A stretch of 64,000 bases of DNA, taken from an uncultured virus (IMG/VR IMGVR_UViG_3300006108_000010) (Duplodnaviria; Heunggongvirae; Uroviricota; Caudoviricetes). Position 1 is the stretch's first letter. The number at the start of each line of letters is the position of its first letter. Positions 1-10,871 of the stretch are shown piece after piece. Location: the IMG/VR virus record IMGVR_UViG_3300006108_000010, positions 1-64,000 of that record, one strand, 5' to 3'. A program made the position numbers and the translations under genes. The notes beneath the pieces were generated by a model. That model saw nothing but the letters and a program-made list of their open reading frames with translations. It searched no databases and had not been told where the DNA came from.

Positions 1-233
1 ATGAAACCATTAGGTGTATCATATATCTTATAAAGAACAATGCCTTTGTTTTCAATAAGCCAATTAAGCATATCATTAAAACTCTGAAATTGTCTGCAAC
101 AAGCAACATGTACACTCTGTTTTATGGATGGAAACTTACAAAACAGATTTATAGGACCACCATCCTTACAGTGATAGCTATTTGTCTTCTTTACAATGAC
201 ATCAAATTCAGAGCTTGAAATCTCTTGTTCCAT
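1..233 (-). CDS. Hypothetical protein, runs off left edge (MEQEISSSEFDVIVKK...)
   Basis: Open frame translated manually from ATG at 233 to window edge. Confidence 0.5.
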   Translation of the reverse strand, partial: MEQEISSSEFDVIVKKTNSYHCKDGGPINLFCKFPSIKQSVHVACCRQFQSFNDMLNWLIENKGIVLYKIYDTPNGF

Positions 234-418
234 TTTAAAGATGCTTAAAACAAATTACTTCACCAGAGATCAGATAATAGACATAGAGTGCTGCAATAGT
301 TGCAATGACTGTATAAAAAAGGTTCTTAAGTTGTTTCATAATCTTATTCTATATGCTTTAGGAGGAGGTGTCAAGATCCTTATACATATTTCGGAAATAT
401 GTAGTGGGAAGGTTACAT

Positions 419-730
419 TTAAGATGAGATGTCAACTACAACACTTCTTGTGTGTTCAAAACGATCTTGCATATTTTTAATCAAACCATTCATTAGATAT
501 TCTTCTAGTTCAATTTGTTTTTCTTCTGGAGCACTATTAATAAAGGTGTGTAAAATATTAGTACATGCACTAATAACACTATTAGTATGAACATGACTAG
601 TTTTCCATATTACATTTGTAATAGAAAACCCATCTCCAACTTCAGCAAGTTCCACATTAATAAAGGGTATTTTCTTTATTTTGGTGGGATCAATTGATTC
701 TATGTCCATAATATTAAAAATCAGTATCAC
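419..730 (-). CDS. Hypothetical protein
   Basis: ORF in tightly packed minus-strand operon. Confidence 0.6.
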   Translation of the reverse strand: MILIFNIMDIESIDPTKIKKIPFINVELAEVGDGFSITNVIWKTSHVHTNSVISACTNILHTFINSAPEEKQIELEEYLMNGLIKNMQDRFEHTRSVVVDISS

Positions 731-971
731 CAGTGGATTCTAGTGCATCCATGTATTCATCTTCCTCTTGATAGTCTCTGACTAACCAGCGACCAAGATC
801 TTGCATAGCTTGGTTATAACGATTCTGAAGCCAATCAGGAGTCTCATAGTAATTTTCATTCTCTTTATGGAAATACAAAGATTCATTCTTTGCATTGTTC
901 AGATCATTCAAGAACTGTATACCATTACGAATAAGTTCGTAATTGAATTTTTCTTTCTTTTTCTTTTTCAT
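714..971 (-). CDS. Hypothetical protein
   Basis: ORF with ATGA-type overlap to upstream gene. Confidence 0.6.
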   Translation of the reverse strand: MKKKKKEKFNYELIRNGIQFLNDLNNAKNESLYFHKENENYYETPDWLQNRYNQAMQDLGRWLVRDYQEEDEYMDALESTGDTDF

Positions 972-1300
972 ATTCTATTAGGATCAATTTTTTGAGGATG
1001 ACCGGCTTCATGAACCGTTTCCCATAATGAATCAATTGTGTGGCAAATCTCTACTTTCTTTCTACCAACTTTTTTCCATGCTTTTTGAATCTTACCGTTG
1101 AATCCTTCTCTCTCATAAAGGAACCAATCAACCCAACCTCTCTGTTCTTCATTAAAGGTTGCTTTAAATAGTTCATCAATTACAAACTCATAGTTTTCAT
1201 CATACTGCATGAGATCAACACCAAACTTATATAACTCACGAGATTTCTTATGAGCAAGTTGGAGGTTTAAAATAATCTTTTCAAAGGATTGTTTTGTCAT
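968..1300 (-). CDS. Hypothetical phage protein
   Basis: 110-aa ORF, coupled to neighbour. Confidence 0.65.
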   Translation of the reverse strand: MTKQSFEKIILNLQLAHKKSRELYKFGVDLMQYDENYEFVIDELFKATFNEEQRGWVDWFLYEREGFNGKIQKAWKKVGRKKVEICHTIDSLWETVHEAGHPQKIDPNRI

Positions 1301-1429
1301 ATTTTTAAAGGGGAGACTAGGAAATACCTTGACAGTACTTCGGACAGGCTACACGTTCATCGTATACTATGCTTCGCTATCACCTGTTGCGGAAGTTCTT
1401 TAGCTTTAAGAACTCGCACCCTAGTCAAA

Positions 1430-2022
1430 TTATTGTCTTATCATCTTAACAGTATCTCTATATGCTGTCAATGCTTTAATGATAGAATCAAGCTCATAGT
1501 TTTCAAAAGTCATAAAACTTCTAGGGTGACGATTTGCGTCCAAATGACTTGAACAAGTATCCATAGTAAACATTTCAGTCCATTCGTAATTATCTGGCGA
1601 TTGTCTGAATGTTAAAAAATAATCATCAAGTTTTACATTTACTTGAACACTGGTATTGTTATTCATTAATTTGCTACGTCAAAATTAATCTTAAATCCTC
1701 CGGTCTTACGATATTCATCGTTCTTCTCTCCACTCTGGAACCAAGAAGTTTCTCCCTTCTCACAGGAATTGGCATACTCTGTCCACATGACATTATCTAC
1801 CATCTTGTCGAGTTCCTCTTCTACATCATCGTCAAGATCGCTTGGGAACCCATCCCATCTGCAATTATTGATAAATCCTTGGATATACTTTAGAAATTCC
1901 TCTTCACTATTACCAGTGTAGGGATTCTCCTCAAGGTTCCTAAATGCCTCTGGATCAAGTTCTGCAACCTCGGTTGCTTGCCACAGGGTTATCTCTTCTA
2001 CTTTGCGTATTTGGTATTTCAT
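1430..2022 (-). CDS. Two coupled hypothetical proteins (1666..2022 and 1430..1666)
   Basis: Adjacent ORFs downstream of TTGACA-N17-TACTAT promoter at ~2031-2059. Confidence 0.6.
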
Positions 2023-2055
2023 ATTTTTATATAGTAATTGAACTTTCTAATTCTG

Positions 2056-2475
2056 TCAAATCAAAATTTTATCAAATTGATCGGCGGTAGTATTATTTTT
2101 ATGTCTACCATCATCAACCAAAAGACAAGGAATTCCATTCATTTCAGCTTGAATTACATGATTGAGAATATCATCAACATGGAGAACACTTTTAATTTCT
2201 TTAAGAATTGGTACTTTTGATCCACCAGCAGTGTAATGAATTTTACGAATTGGTAATTTATGTTCTTCAATAAAATCACGAACTTCTTGTATTGCCCATG
2301 CATCTCTTGCAGTCACGATATCAATGATATATCCTTCATTATGCTTTTCGAAAACAAGATCAATAACCTTTTGGATGGGTTTTAATACATCCATTATACA
2401 CCAAAGAAGACCTTGCTTTTCATCAGATAATGACGCAAGTGTGTCATCAAAATCAAAAGAGATTACACCTTTCAT
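2056..2475 (-). CDS. HAD-superfamily phosphatase-like protein
   Basis: Motif I FDFDDTL, motif II VTAR, motif IV HVDD; start re-placed at ATG 2475. Confidence 0.75.
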   Translation of the reverse strand: MKGVISFDFDDTLASLSDEKQGLLWCIMDVLKPIQKVIDLVFEKHNEGYIIDIVTARDAWAIQEVRDFIEEHKLPIRKIHYTAGGSKVPILKEIKSVLHVDDILNHVIQAEMNGIPCLLVDDGRHKNNTTADQFDKILI

Positions 2476-3937
2476 GATAAACGAGGGAGGTAAACAGCAT
2501 TCACAAGATCTTGCATCCAAGTTATATTTGGTGCTTTTTGATATTCGCCATCGTACCAAGCTTTATCTTCTGGTAACTTTTTAAGACCAGCAATATATTC
2601 TACTTCTTTTATTTCATCAAATCCAGTTTCATAACCATCCACAACAACAATTTGTTCTGGATCAAATTTCTGAAGTTGTTCTATTAGTTCTTTTACAGTC
2701 ATCAGTTTTATTTTATGGAATATTAAAAGAGAGTCAAGATTTATTATTAAAAAGTCCCCACACTACACATCCTATGAGTAAAATAAAAAATCCCATTAAA
2801 ATTGGATCACCATTAGTATAATCTTGCATATTAAAAAATAGGTTTGTTTGTTCCGATATCTTCAGCAGTATAAGGAGATTTAAACTTAATCCACTTGTCA
2901 GAAGGATATTCTTTAAAGTCAATAAAGTCTGTTCCCCAAGGATATGACTTACTATAATAAGTTTGAATTACTTCACCGTTATAATTTAACCTTTGGATCT
3001 TATAATAATGGGTAGGTTCAGGTGGATCAAAATACGCACATCCTGTTATAACTAAAATAGGTGTAAGAGGTATAGCCAATATACAAACTGTTATCTTTAT
3101 TCCAAACCAGAATGTTTTAGCTTTATCTTTCATATATTCCAAGTTGTTCTATACCCAGAATGACCACAATCATCACAAGAGCTTCGATCAAATTCAGTAT
3201 CATCACATTGAAAGCATTCTACAAGATCTTTGAATGAACAGGTATTGTCTTTAATTCCTTCTTTGAGTTTAAGGAGAAGATAATCCAGAAGTTCATCATC
3301 CTCTTCGGGTTGCTTAACGCTTTCTTCTACTTCTCCACTCCTCCACACATCATTGATAGAAAATCCCCAACCATAGCAGGACATTTCATCATATACAATT
3401 TTATATTTTGTTTCGCTCATTTGTAATAGTTTTTATTGTCTAGTTTTCTCCTGATTCTTTCGGCTTTTCTTTCTTCGATTATTTTGGGAAGGTCTTTCAA
3501 TGTTTCTTTAACGCCTTGAATAAACCCACTTGCTAACCAATAAGCAAAAGTTAAAAGAAAGATAACTATACCTAGTGCTGTTACACTGAGAATAATTGCC
3601 GCCGATATTTTAATAATTTCCATTATCATATTTTTGTCCATCCATCATTAGCGGGATAAGAAGGCTCATGAAATCCCCACTGCCCCCAAAATCCAGAATT
3701 TTTTGTTTCGGGGTTGTTGCTACCAAATTGAAAAAGATTTGTTTCAATCTTCTTAATGGGCTTGTCATTTGGGATAACTATAGCACAAGCACCAGTAGTA
3801 TTAACGATAACAGCTACACCATCCATGTTTTCATATGAAGACAATTCTTCAATGTATTTTGCATAGATCTCGGCTACATCTCTGCTTACATGGATGACAT
3901 AGCTGTTTCGAAATGTTGATATTGGGATCAGTTTCAT
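2472..3937 (-). CDS. Run of small hypothetical proteins (2472..2702, 2831..3142, 3130..3420, 3417..3641, 3626..3937); two have TM segments
   Basis: Overlapping start/stop packing. Confidence 0.55.
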
Positions 3938-3940
3938 ATT

Positions 3941-4783
3941 TTATACAAATGGTAAATCTTTATAGATACTATCATATGCACCGATAGTTTCCAAGGCTTT
4001 TTTTCTTCTTTTTTCTTGGGCAGTAAGATAAAAGTTTGGAAAATCCGTATCAAGTGCTTCTACGTTACCATCTTCATCGATCTCAAGAACTTGGCAAAGA
4101 CCGCAATCAATATTGGCATTGAGACCGCCATTCTCATACCAAGTATTAATTTTTCCCATAGTAGGAGTATGACCATAAACTTGGCGTAATCCCCTAGTAA
4201 CATGACCTTCTTGAAAGTCATCACACCAAAGAATTCCTCCAACTCTTTGCACACCACCACGACAACGACCTACTGCACCAATGATTTCATTCCAAGTACG
4301 ATTAAGATAATCATCAGTAGCCTTTGCAATTTTATCAATGATAACATCGTTAGCCATTCCCTTAACAGGATGTTCAAACCAATGAGGGTGAATACCAGCA
4401 TGAGTAAACCATACACCATTACCAAAATGAGCAAACTTGATTTTATCCCATGCTTGTTCATCCATCACACGATTAATAGCATCATCTTTAGTCATATGAT
4501 ATCCAGAACAATTATAAATGTTTTGAATATGACCACTTTCGTCTTTAAGATAATTCAAATACGAATAATTGATATCATGATTACCCATCAAATGGATACG
4601 ATTAGGCTTATCAAGAGATTCCTTGAGCCACTTTGCAGTCTGAATTGCATCATTGGCAGTATCACCAAAATCATCAAAATAATCACCAGTAAAAACTACA
4701 GTATGAGTCTTATCATACAAAGAAGCAATCTGTTCAGCTTCGACCCAATGGTTATGGATATCTCCAATAGCTATAATGTTCAT
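3941..4783 (-). CDS. Calcineurin-like metallophosphoesterase
   Basis: GDIH, GDYFD, GNHD, THAG, GHT motifs. Confidence 0.9.
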   Translation of the reverse strand: MNIIAIGDIHNHWVEAEQIASLYDKTHTVVFTGDYFDDFGDTANDAIQTAKWLKESLDKPNRIHLMGNHDINYSYLNYLKDESGHIQNIYNCSGYHMTKDDAINRVMDEQAWDKIKFAHFGNGVWFTHAGIHPHWFEHPVKGMANDVIIDKIAKATDDYLNRTWNEIIGAVGRCRGGVQRVGGILWCDDFQEGHVTRGLRQVYGHTPTMGKINTWYENGGLNANIDCGLCQVLEIDEDGNVEALDTDFPNFYLTAQEKRRKKALETIGAYDSIYKDLPFV

Positions 4784-4820
4784 ATTACTATAATATATAA
4801 ATTTGGAATTGTGTCAATGA

Positions 4821-5079
4821 TTATCTATGATAGCAACCGCCACCCCATCCACCACGATATCCCCAACTGCCATAATATCCACCCCAACCATATCCCCAAC
4901 CACCCCAACCCCAACCACCATAGTAAGGATAAGTGTAGCCATAATAAGGATATACATATCCATAACTATAAGGATATGTGTATGCGTAACTTACAGCAGG
5001 GGTAGAAACTACATAATCTCCGTTAACTGTACATCCAAAAAAAAACACAACTTAATAGAATTGTAATATATTTTGTCAT
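4821..5079 (-). pseudogene. Gly/Tyr-rich putative lipoprotein, frameshifted at poly-T run
   Basis: MTKYITILLSCV signal peptide joins FFGC lipobox only if the T9 run (5037-5045) were T8. Confidence 0.5.
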
Positions 5080-5080
5080 A

Positions 5081-5716
5081 TTATGCGATGTTACGATTAA
5101 TCCAAATATCCAAGTGTTGAATTTTATTTGCAAATTTTCTAATGTATCCACCAAAAGTAATCCAAAAAATTCTCCAGTATCCACCAGTATATTTGTTTAA
5201 AGTTTTTTTGATTCTATTGGAAAGTTTGGCTTGTTCTAATGCAATTTTTTCTTGCCAATTCTCTTCATTTTTTTTTATCTCTTCTGCGGTTTGAAACAAA
5301 CGAACTTCAACTTTTTTAAGTTTTCCTTGGATAACTCCGTTAACAAACTTTCCAACGAATTCTACCCACCACTCGTTTCCATCGTTATCTTCTATGTGAT
5401 CGTAGAAATAAAGATCACCAGTAAACTTTTCAAACTTATACTTTCTAGATTTCTCCTTAAATTCGTAGGGCCAGCAGAAGCGACCTTGCTTTTTAATTTT
5501 CTTTTCTTCCTTTTCGGAAATCACACGAACTTTTTCACCTTCAACAAAAAGACCATAAACCTTACCATTCTTTTTAATGATATAGGTTGAAAGTGTGCAA
5601 TCTAAATCCTTAGATTGAAAAACTTGTTCATCCCAATTTACATTGGAAAACTTTGCTTGCTCCTTCTTATTCAATGGAAGAGGCAATTGACATTTGATAT
5701 TATCGAACATTCCCAA
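5081..5716 (-). CDS. Hypothetical phage protein (GMFDNIKC...QSKDL type)
   Basis: 211-aa ORF with upstream sigma70-like promoter. Confidence 0.65.
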   Translation of the reverse strand: MGMFDNIKCQLPLPLNKKEQAKFSNVNWDEQVFQSKDLDCTLSTYIIKKNGKVYGLFVEGEKVRVISEKEEKKIKKQGRFCWPYEFKEKSRKYKFEKFTGDLYFYDHIEDNDGNEWWVEFVGKFVNGVIQGKLKKVEVRLFQTAEEIKKNEENWQEKIALEQAKLSNRIKKTLNKYTGGYWRIFWITFGGYIRKFANKIQHLDIWINRNIA

Positions 5717-5787
5717 AATTACCTCCTAGCTTTTCAGCGTGTTGTTATTATTCATAATTTATAATCCTAACAGGTTTTATTTATTTG

Positions 5788-6306
5788 TCAATTGTTATCT
5801 TTCAAGTAAACACAAACCTTAAACTTTCTAAGTTTTTCTAATACAGGTTGACCAAATATTAAATCTTTTACTTTTCGTGAAAGCATAATCTCAACCTTTC
5901 TATTTTTTTCATCAACTTTAGTTCCGATGAAATGATCATGATCACTTGCTAATTTAATAAGTGGATCTTCTTTTTGAAATGTCCAACTATCACCCCATGC
6001 ATTAGCAGATTGCACATCTTGAGATTTTACATGAATTTTATAACCTTCGCAGGTCAGGTCAGCATCAAAACTTTTTTCGTTCTTTTTATAAATGTTTAAA
6101 TCGGGTGGTGTAAGATTTTCCAATCCTTTTTCTTTTAATATATAGTAAACAGCAAACTCTGCCATTTTTCCTATACGAATATCTTTCTTTATCTTTTCAA
6201 GGTTTGTTTGATTCCTACTAGCATATTCGTCTTTATTTGTTGGGCAGCATTTTTCAGCAAACTCATTACAAATTTTTATAATTTCTTCCTCTAAGATAAA
6301 AGCCAT
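5788..6306 (-). CDS. Putative PD-(D/E)XK-like nuclease
   Basis: G-x-x-A-E ... D-A-D-L ... H-V-K-S pattern. Confidence 0.4.
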   Translation of the reverse strand: MAFILEEEIIKICNEFAEKCCPTNKDEYASRNQTNLEKIKKDIRIGKMAEFAVYYILKEKGLENLTPPDLNIYKKNEKSFDADLTCEGYKIHVKSQDVQSANAWGDSWTFQKEDPLIKLASDHDHFIGTKVDEKNRKVEIMLSRKVKDLIFGQPVLEKLRKFKVCVYLKDNN

Positions 6307-6312
6307 TTTTTA

Positions 6313-6341
6313 ATCTTAGGATTTTTTTATTTATTTGTCAA
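6313..6341 (-). promoter_or_regulatory. Sigma70-like early promoter
   Basis: TTGACA-N17-TAAGAT immediately upstream of ORF 5788..6306; many similar sites occur in the window. Confidence 0.75.
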
Positions 6342-6347
6342 GTATAA

Positions 6348-6421
6348 TGGTGGAGGATTAGGGAATTCAACCCTAGACTCCGCAGTGCAAGTGCAGCGTT
6401 TTAGCACTAAACTAATCCCCC
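6348..6421 (-). tRNA. tRNA-Ala(UGC)
   Basis: Cloverleaf GGGGGAT...ATCCTCC-A-CCA, G3:U70, anticodon TGC. Confidence 0.9.
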
Positions 6422-6431
6422 TTAAATAACT

Positions 6432-6881
6432 TGGAGGTGGGGAGAGTTGAACTCCCGTCCTTAATATTGGGTACTATATAATCTACACAAGCTTTGGCAA
6501 ACTTCGTACTTTCGTTGTCTAAAGGTAACAAGGCAATGCCAACCTATCTATGTTTAGAGACCTACCTGTATGAGTGAATAACGACCATCATACCACCGCT
6601 TGCACTTATTTTACGAGTATCACAAGAACTACTTCAACCTATTGTGATTCGACAAGAGCTTAATAGGATCTACTCTTGGTGTTTATGCTGCCATGAGACA
6701 GTAATCTTCTTCTTGGGAGAAGAGAGACTCTGCAACATTTGTCACGAATGACTTGACTACATTAACTGCATTGGTTATAGCCTTTGCGTTTATGTTTTAA
6801 TCGCCTTTTATAGTAGCCAAGCGATCAACTACTGCTTGCATACATAGCATTCAACAATTAAGTCGAAACCAGTACACCCCC
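6432..6881 (-). ncRNA. ssrA: tmRNA
   Basis: 5' GGGGGTGTACTGGTTTCGAC, 3' T-arm plus CACCTCCA with G3:U70; internal tag ORF ending ...YCLMAA*. Confidence 0.93.
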
Positions 6882-6913
6882 GTTAAATTATACTTATCAA
6901 AGAACAAAGAACT

Positions 6914-6989
6914 TGGTACACGGAGTCAGGATCGAACTGACGACATTTCGCGTGTAAGGCGAATGCAACTACCGCTGTGCTATCCGTGC
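6914..6989 (-). tRNA. tRNA-Val(UAC)
   Basis: Cloverleaf, TTCGC-CT TAC AC-GCGAA, CCA. Confidence 0.92.
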
Positions 6990-6990
6990 A

Positions 6991-7536
6991 TTAAGTCCAC
7001 AAATATTTACGAAGACGAACCAAATCTGCAAGATATTCAGAATCTCTTTCGTGAATATCATGTTCAACTTTTCCGTACTCCTGCCAATTTCCATTAGCCT
7101 CAATAGAATCCAAATAGTTTTGCATGGCTTTTCTTCCGGTTTTAACCCATGTATAAATAGATTGAAGTCTCAGGTAATCCTTATAACGAGCCTCATAGTA
7201 ATCCCAAAAAGCATCAACGCTTCCCCATTCTTGCTTAAGATACTCATCATCCTTACCCAAGGAGTCTAGAATCATTTGGATTTGATCCAACCCATTTTCC
7301 TCTTCAACAAATGAGATAATAATAGCCGATAAAACATCTTCTACAATTCCATCAAGATCTCTCCATTCCTTTGGCACAGCCTTACGAATGGCTTCGTGTT
7401 GATGATTAAAGATATAATAAACATACCAATATGCTTTATCCCAAACTCTCCAAATTTTCCAATAAGTTTCCTCCCACCAAGGAAGAGTGGGTGGCTTCCA
7501 AAGATCTTTGGTGCTTTTAACCTTTTCGATTTGCAT
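6991..7536 (-). CDS. Hypothetical protein
   Basis: 181-aa ORF. Confidence 0.65.
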   Translation of the reverse strand: MQIEKVKSTKDLWKPPTLPWWEETYWKIWRVWDKAYWYVYYIFNHQHEAIRKAVPKEWRDLDGIVEDVLSAIIISFVEEENGLDQIQMILDSLGKDDEYLKQEWGSVDAFWDYYEARYKDYLRLQSIYTWVKTGRKAMQNYLDSIEANGNWQEYGKVEHDIHERDSEYLADLVRLRKYLWT

Positions 7537-8203
7537 ATTCTTTTTTTAGATTTTTAAGTTTTATATTTGAAATTCCAATGATTTCATTTTCCTTTTTGGT
7601 AGTTCCGTTAATATCCATTAAATTTTCTGGATCGGAAGAAAGGTAAGCCTGAATTTCATCTTTAATGACTTTATCATTATATCCAATACCAAGCAAGTGT
7701 TTTTTGAATTTATTGAAAAGTTTTTCTGGGAGTTTTTCAACTATTTCATTTGCTTCCTTTCTGTATCCCTTATGAAGATAATAAAAAGCATGAGATACCT
7801 CGTGGTTGATTGTGCATTGATTTCCAGTTTGAGCACCGATTAGATAATATTTCGGGGCATCCGTATCACTATTTGTAATCTTGTGATCAATCTCTTGAAT
7901 CACATCATCGTATTCATTTATATCCTTAAATGTATCAACATAACCATAACATTTATCAATGATATGACTAGGAACGTTAAACCCTGCCCAATCAATAGGA
8001 TAGGTAAAACAATCTCCACCTCTTCTCATTGTATAGAGTCTTTGAAACTCCATCATACTAAAATACTTTCCCCTGATCTCTTTATATGGGGATTCATAAA
8101 ATTCTTGAACCCTGCAAAATGTCATCGCAAGATCATAAGAATTGTCCATAGTTACCAAGAAAACCTTGGGGTGAATTTCTTCAAGTTTATATTTTATGTT
8201 CAT
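7517..8203 (-). CDS. Hypothetical protein with HExxH zincin motif
   Basis: HEVSH plus downstream DEIQAY. Confidence 0.55.
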   Translation of the reverse strand: MNIKYKLEEIHPKVFLVTMDNSYDLAMTFCRVQEFYESPYKEIRGKYFSMMEFQRLYTMRRGGDCFTYPIDWAGFNVPSHIIDKCYGYVDTFKDINEYDDVIQEIDHKITNSDTDAPKYYLIGAQTGNQCTINHEVSHAFYYLHKGYRKEANEIVEKLPEKLFNKFKKHLLGIGYNDKVIKDEIQAYLSSDPENLMDINGTTKKENEIIGISNIKLKNLKKEYANRKG

Positions 8204-8210
8204 TTAAAAG

Positions 8211-8297
8211 TGGTGGGCAGAAGTGGATTCGAACCACTGAAGGCAATAGCCAAATGATTTACAGTCATTCCCGTTTGTCCAGCTTCGGTATCTACCC
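8211..8297 (-). tRNA. tRNA-Tyr(GUA)
   Basis: Class II cloverleaf, anticodon GTA, CCA. Confidence 0.92.
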
Positions 8298-8343
8298 TAT
8301 GAAACTATATTATTTTATTTTGTTGTTTGTGTCAATATTAAAG

Positions 8344-8417
8344 TGGCTACCCCTCATGGATTCGAACCATGACTCACAGTGCCAAAAACTGCGGTGCTAC
8401 CGTTACACCAAAGGGTA
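8344..8417 (-). tRNA. tRNA-Gln(UUG)
   Basis: Cloverleaf, anticodon TTG, G-CCA. Confidence 0.9.
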
Positions 8418-8423
8418 ATAAAA

Positions 8424-8699
8424 TTAAAAATAAGGTTTAAAGTTTAAGATGAATTCCTTTATTTTTTGAAGAAAACTTTTTTCTTCGTATACAACTTCCT
8501 TATCATATCCGTTTTCTTTCATCCATTCTTCTATGGTTTTATTAACCATAGTTTCACCCCTTTTACCATTTTCAATTGGTAGAAATCTATTTGGGTCACT
8601 AATTGGAATATAAACCCTTTCCTGAAAAGAATTTTTCAATTCAGGTCTGGGATTAATATTATTAATTCCATGAAAAGCTCTTGATGTAGAATTACTCAT
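8424..8699 (-). CDS. Hypothetical protein
   Basis: 91-aa ORF. Confidence 0.5.
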   Translation of the reverse strand: MSNSTSRAFHGINNINPRPELKNSFQERVYIPISDPNRFLPIENGKRGETMVNKTIEEWMKENGYDKEVVYEEKSFLQKIKEFILNFKPYF

Positions 8700-8742
8700 T
8701 ACCTATATTTTATAGGTTCTGATAAAAATATCAAGATCTTTT

Positions 8743-10527
8743 TTAGGACATTGCTTCCTGACCAACAATGTGTACACCAGCAGTAACAGCCTGTGTAGTT
8801 GTAACTGCAACCGTTAAGATATCTGGAGTATTTCCACGGATGTTGTTATATAATGGGAAGAAGTTTTGCAAGTTAACGTCCTGAACCGTACCAGCGGCAG
8901 GGGTTAAGAAACCATAAACAACTTCACCACCAGTTACAGCAGTTGCATTTAAATCCAATTCGGCAAATGAATAAGTTGATCCACTTGCAGAAAGAGGCTG
9001 GAAGTTTGCACCAGTTAACTTAACTGGATTTGTTGGAGTTGAAGCAATTAACTGAACAAGTGCTGTTCCGTTTGAAGTAATGAACATATCCTGTGGAAGA
9101 ATTTGCCCACGATCAATTAAACCAATCTGGTAAGGAGCACCAGCAGTAGGAGTAAATGGAATTGAACTTAATGTAACAACATCAACAAAACTAATTGAAT
9201 TTGTATTGTTAGCAGAAATCTTAGCAGTATATCCGTTTGGATATGTTGTTGAAGATAAACTTGGGAAATAAATTGCACGACCAACTAATTGATTAGTTGC
9301 CCAGTTTGAACCAGAAAATGCAATAAAATTGTTTGTAGGAGCAGGATTTGATGTAATAGGAGCATATGAACTATTATATTCAATTACACCCATTGTACGA
9401 GGACGGAAAGACATCAAGGGAATTGATGTTCTATTAGCAGGAACAGCTACGGTTGCACTATTTCCATAAGCATAGGTAAATCCTCTTTGTGGATCTCTCT
9501 GACCTTCAACGATAACCGATACACCATAATGCATGAAATTAGCAGATGTATTTGAGAAAGTTGTATCTCTCTGTTCGTATCTTACTGGTAAGTTACCAGT
9601 TCTACTCCACGCAAATTGCTGTAAGTTACCCATTGTCTGCTCATGGAGAATATAGGGTTCGCCTCCTAAAAGAACACCCCAACGTAAGCAACCAGCACCA
9701 TACCATGAATATTCTAACCATAACATTTGGTTATCATTCCAGTTGATCGAATTTTTAATTCCACTTGGATCACTCCATTGATCAAAACTTATTTTATAAT
9801 CAGTGTAAATTGAGTTTGTTGAAGTTCCGGTAAACGCATAAGGATTAATATCACTTCTCCAACAAACATAAATACCAGCTGGGTTATTTGCTGATAAAGA
9901 AGTATTTAAACCAGTTGTATTGATACCACTTGTTGCATATACACCAGAAGAAACAGCCGCAACATAAGATAAACCTAAAACAGAAGATGTTGTTGAATTT
10001 AAAGTAGAAGCTGGTGTACCTTGCTCAAAGAACATTCCGTTTGCATCATCAAAGAAACCTACACGTTGATATTGACCACCGTAAGGACCTCCAAAATTCG
10101 TAGCGGTTGCCATATACATCGATTTACCTGGCTGGTATCTATGATAAGGTCTTGATTGGCGAATGGTTACGTCACCGCCAGAAAGGATTTGCATGAGTAC
10201 GCCACCCATACCTGGCAACTGTTTCACGGTAGCGGTTCCGTATTGGGAGGATGTAAAAATCTCCCAACGCAATGGCTGGAGACCATATTCAAAGTCAGCT
10301 TCATAAATATTCTGTGAAAGGGAAACCTTGGCAGCACCTACAACACTCTTATTTCTCTTACCAAACTCTACATATGTATTTCCTGCACCACTTGCATTTA
10401 CTGGAAATACTGCTTGAGCATAAAGTGGTGTTCCTTGTGTATTTGGGACAGAAAACCATGAATTACTCCAAGCAACATTTGGATTCATTTGGAGTGTTTG
10501 AAGAGTAGGCGTAAATTGGATAGACAT
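8743..10527 (-). CDS. Putative virion structural protein (beta-rich)
   Basis: 594 aa, S/T/G/N-rich; RQSRPYHRYQPGKS and W-Y-G-A-G blocks; late-promoter-like TAAGTA upstream; paralog of 19170..21341. Confidence 0.65.
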   Translation of the reverse strand: MSIQFTPTLQTLQMNPNVAWSNSWFSVPNTQGTPLYAQAVFPVNASGAGNTYVEFGKRNKSVVGAAKVSLSQNIYEADFEYGLQPLRWEIFTSSQYGTATVKQLPGMGGVLMQILSGGDVTIRQSRPYHRYQPGKSMYMATATNFGGPYGGQYQRVGFFDDANGMFFEQGTPASTLNSTTSSVLGLSYVAAVSSGVYATSGINTTGLNTSLSANNPAGIYVCWRSDINPYAFTGTSTNSIYTDYKISFDQWSDPSGIKNSINWNDNQMLWLEYSWYGAGCLRWGVLLGGEPYILHEQTMGNLQQFAWSRTGNLPVRYEQRDTTFSNTSANFMHYGVSVIVEGQRDPQRGFTYAYGNSATVAVPANRTSIPLMSFRPRTMGVIEYNSSYAPITSNPAPTNNFIAFSGSNWATNQLVGRAIYFPSLSSTTYPNGYTAKISANNTNSISFVDVVTLSSIPFTPTAGAPYQIGLIDRGQILPQDMFITSNGTALVQLIASTPTNPVKLTGANFQPLSASGSTYSFAELDLNATAVTGGEVVYGFLTPAAGTVQDVNLQNFFPLYNNIRGNTPDILTVAVTTTQAVTAGVHIVGQEAMS

Positions 10528-10577
10528 ATTATTCCTAATTACTTACCCCAAAGATAAGTCAAAAATAACTTAAAAGT

Positions 10578-10653
10578 TGGCTGCCAAGGTAGGGATCGAA
10601 CCTACGACTTGCAAGTTAACAGCTTGCCGCTACTACCGCTGAGCTACTTGGCA
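10578..10653 (-). tRNA. tRNA-Asn(GUU)
   Basis: Cloverleaf, anticodon GTT, CCA. Confidence 0.92.
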
Positions 10654-10788
10654 ATAATAAATTGTTCTTATATCTTATCAGTATTTTCTAATTTAGCAAT
10701 AAAATTTTTAACATATTTTTCCACAATTGGTAATATTTCGCCTACATATTTACTATGCATATATTGATGGTGTATTTTAAGATAAATC

Positions 10789-10861
10789 TCGTATCGGAGA
10801 GACTCGAACTCTCGGTTCCTTGCTCCCAAAGCAAGTGCCATAGCCACTAGGCGACGATACG
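10789..10861 (-). tRNA. tRNA-Pro(UGG), CCA not encoded
   Basis: CGTATCG...CGATACG-A, anticodon TGG. Confidence 0.88.
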
Positions 10862-10871
10862 ATAAATTTAT

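Noticed and set aside
4202..5005. 267-aa plus-strand ORF
   Set aside because: Antisense shadow of the metallophosphoesterase and the Gly/Tyr-rich gene.
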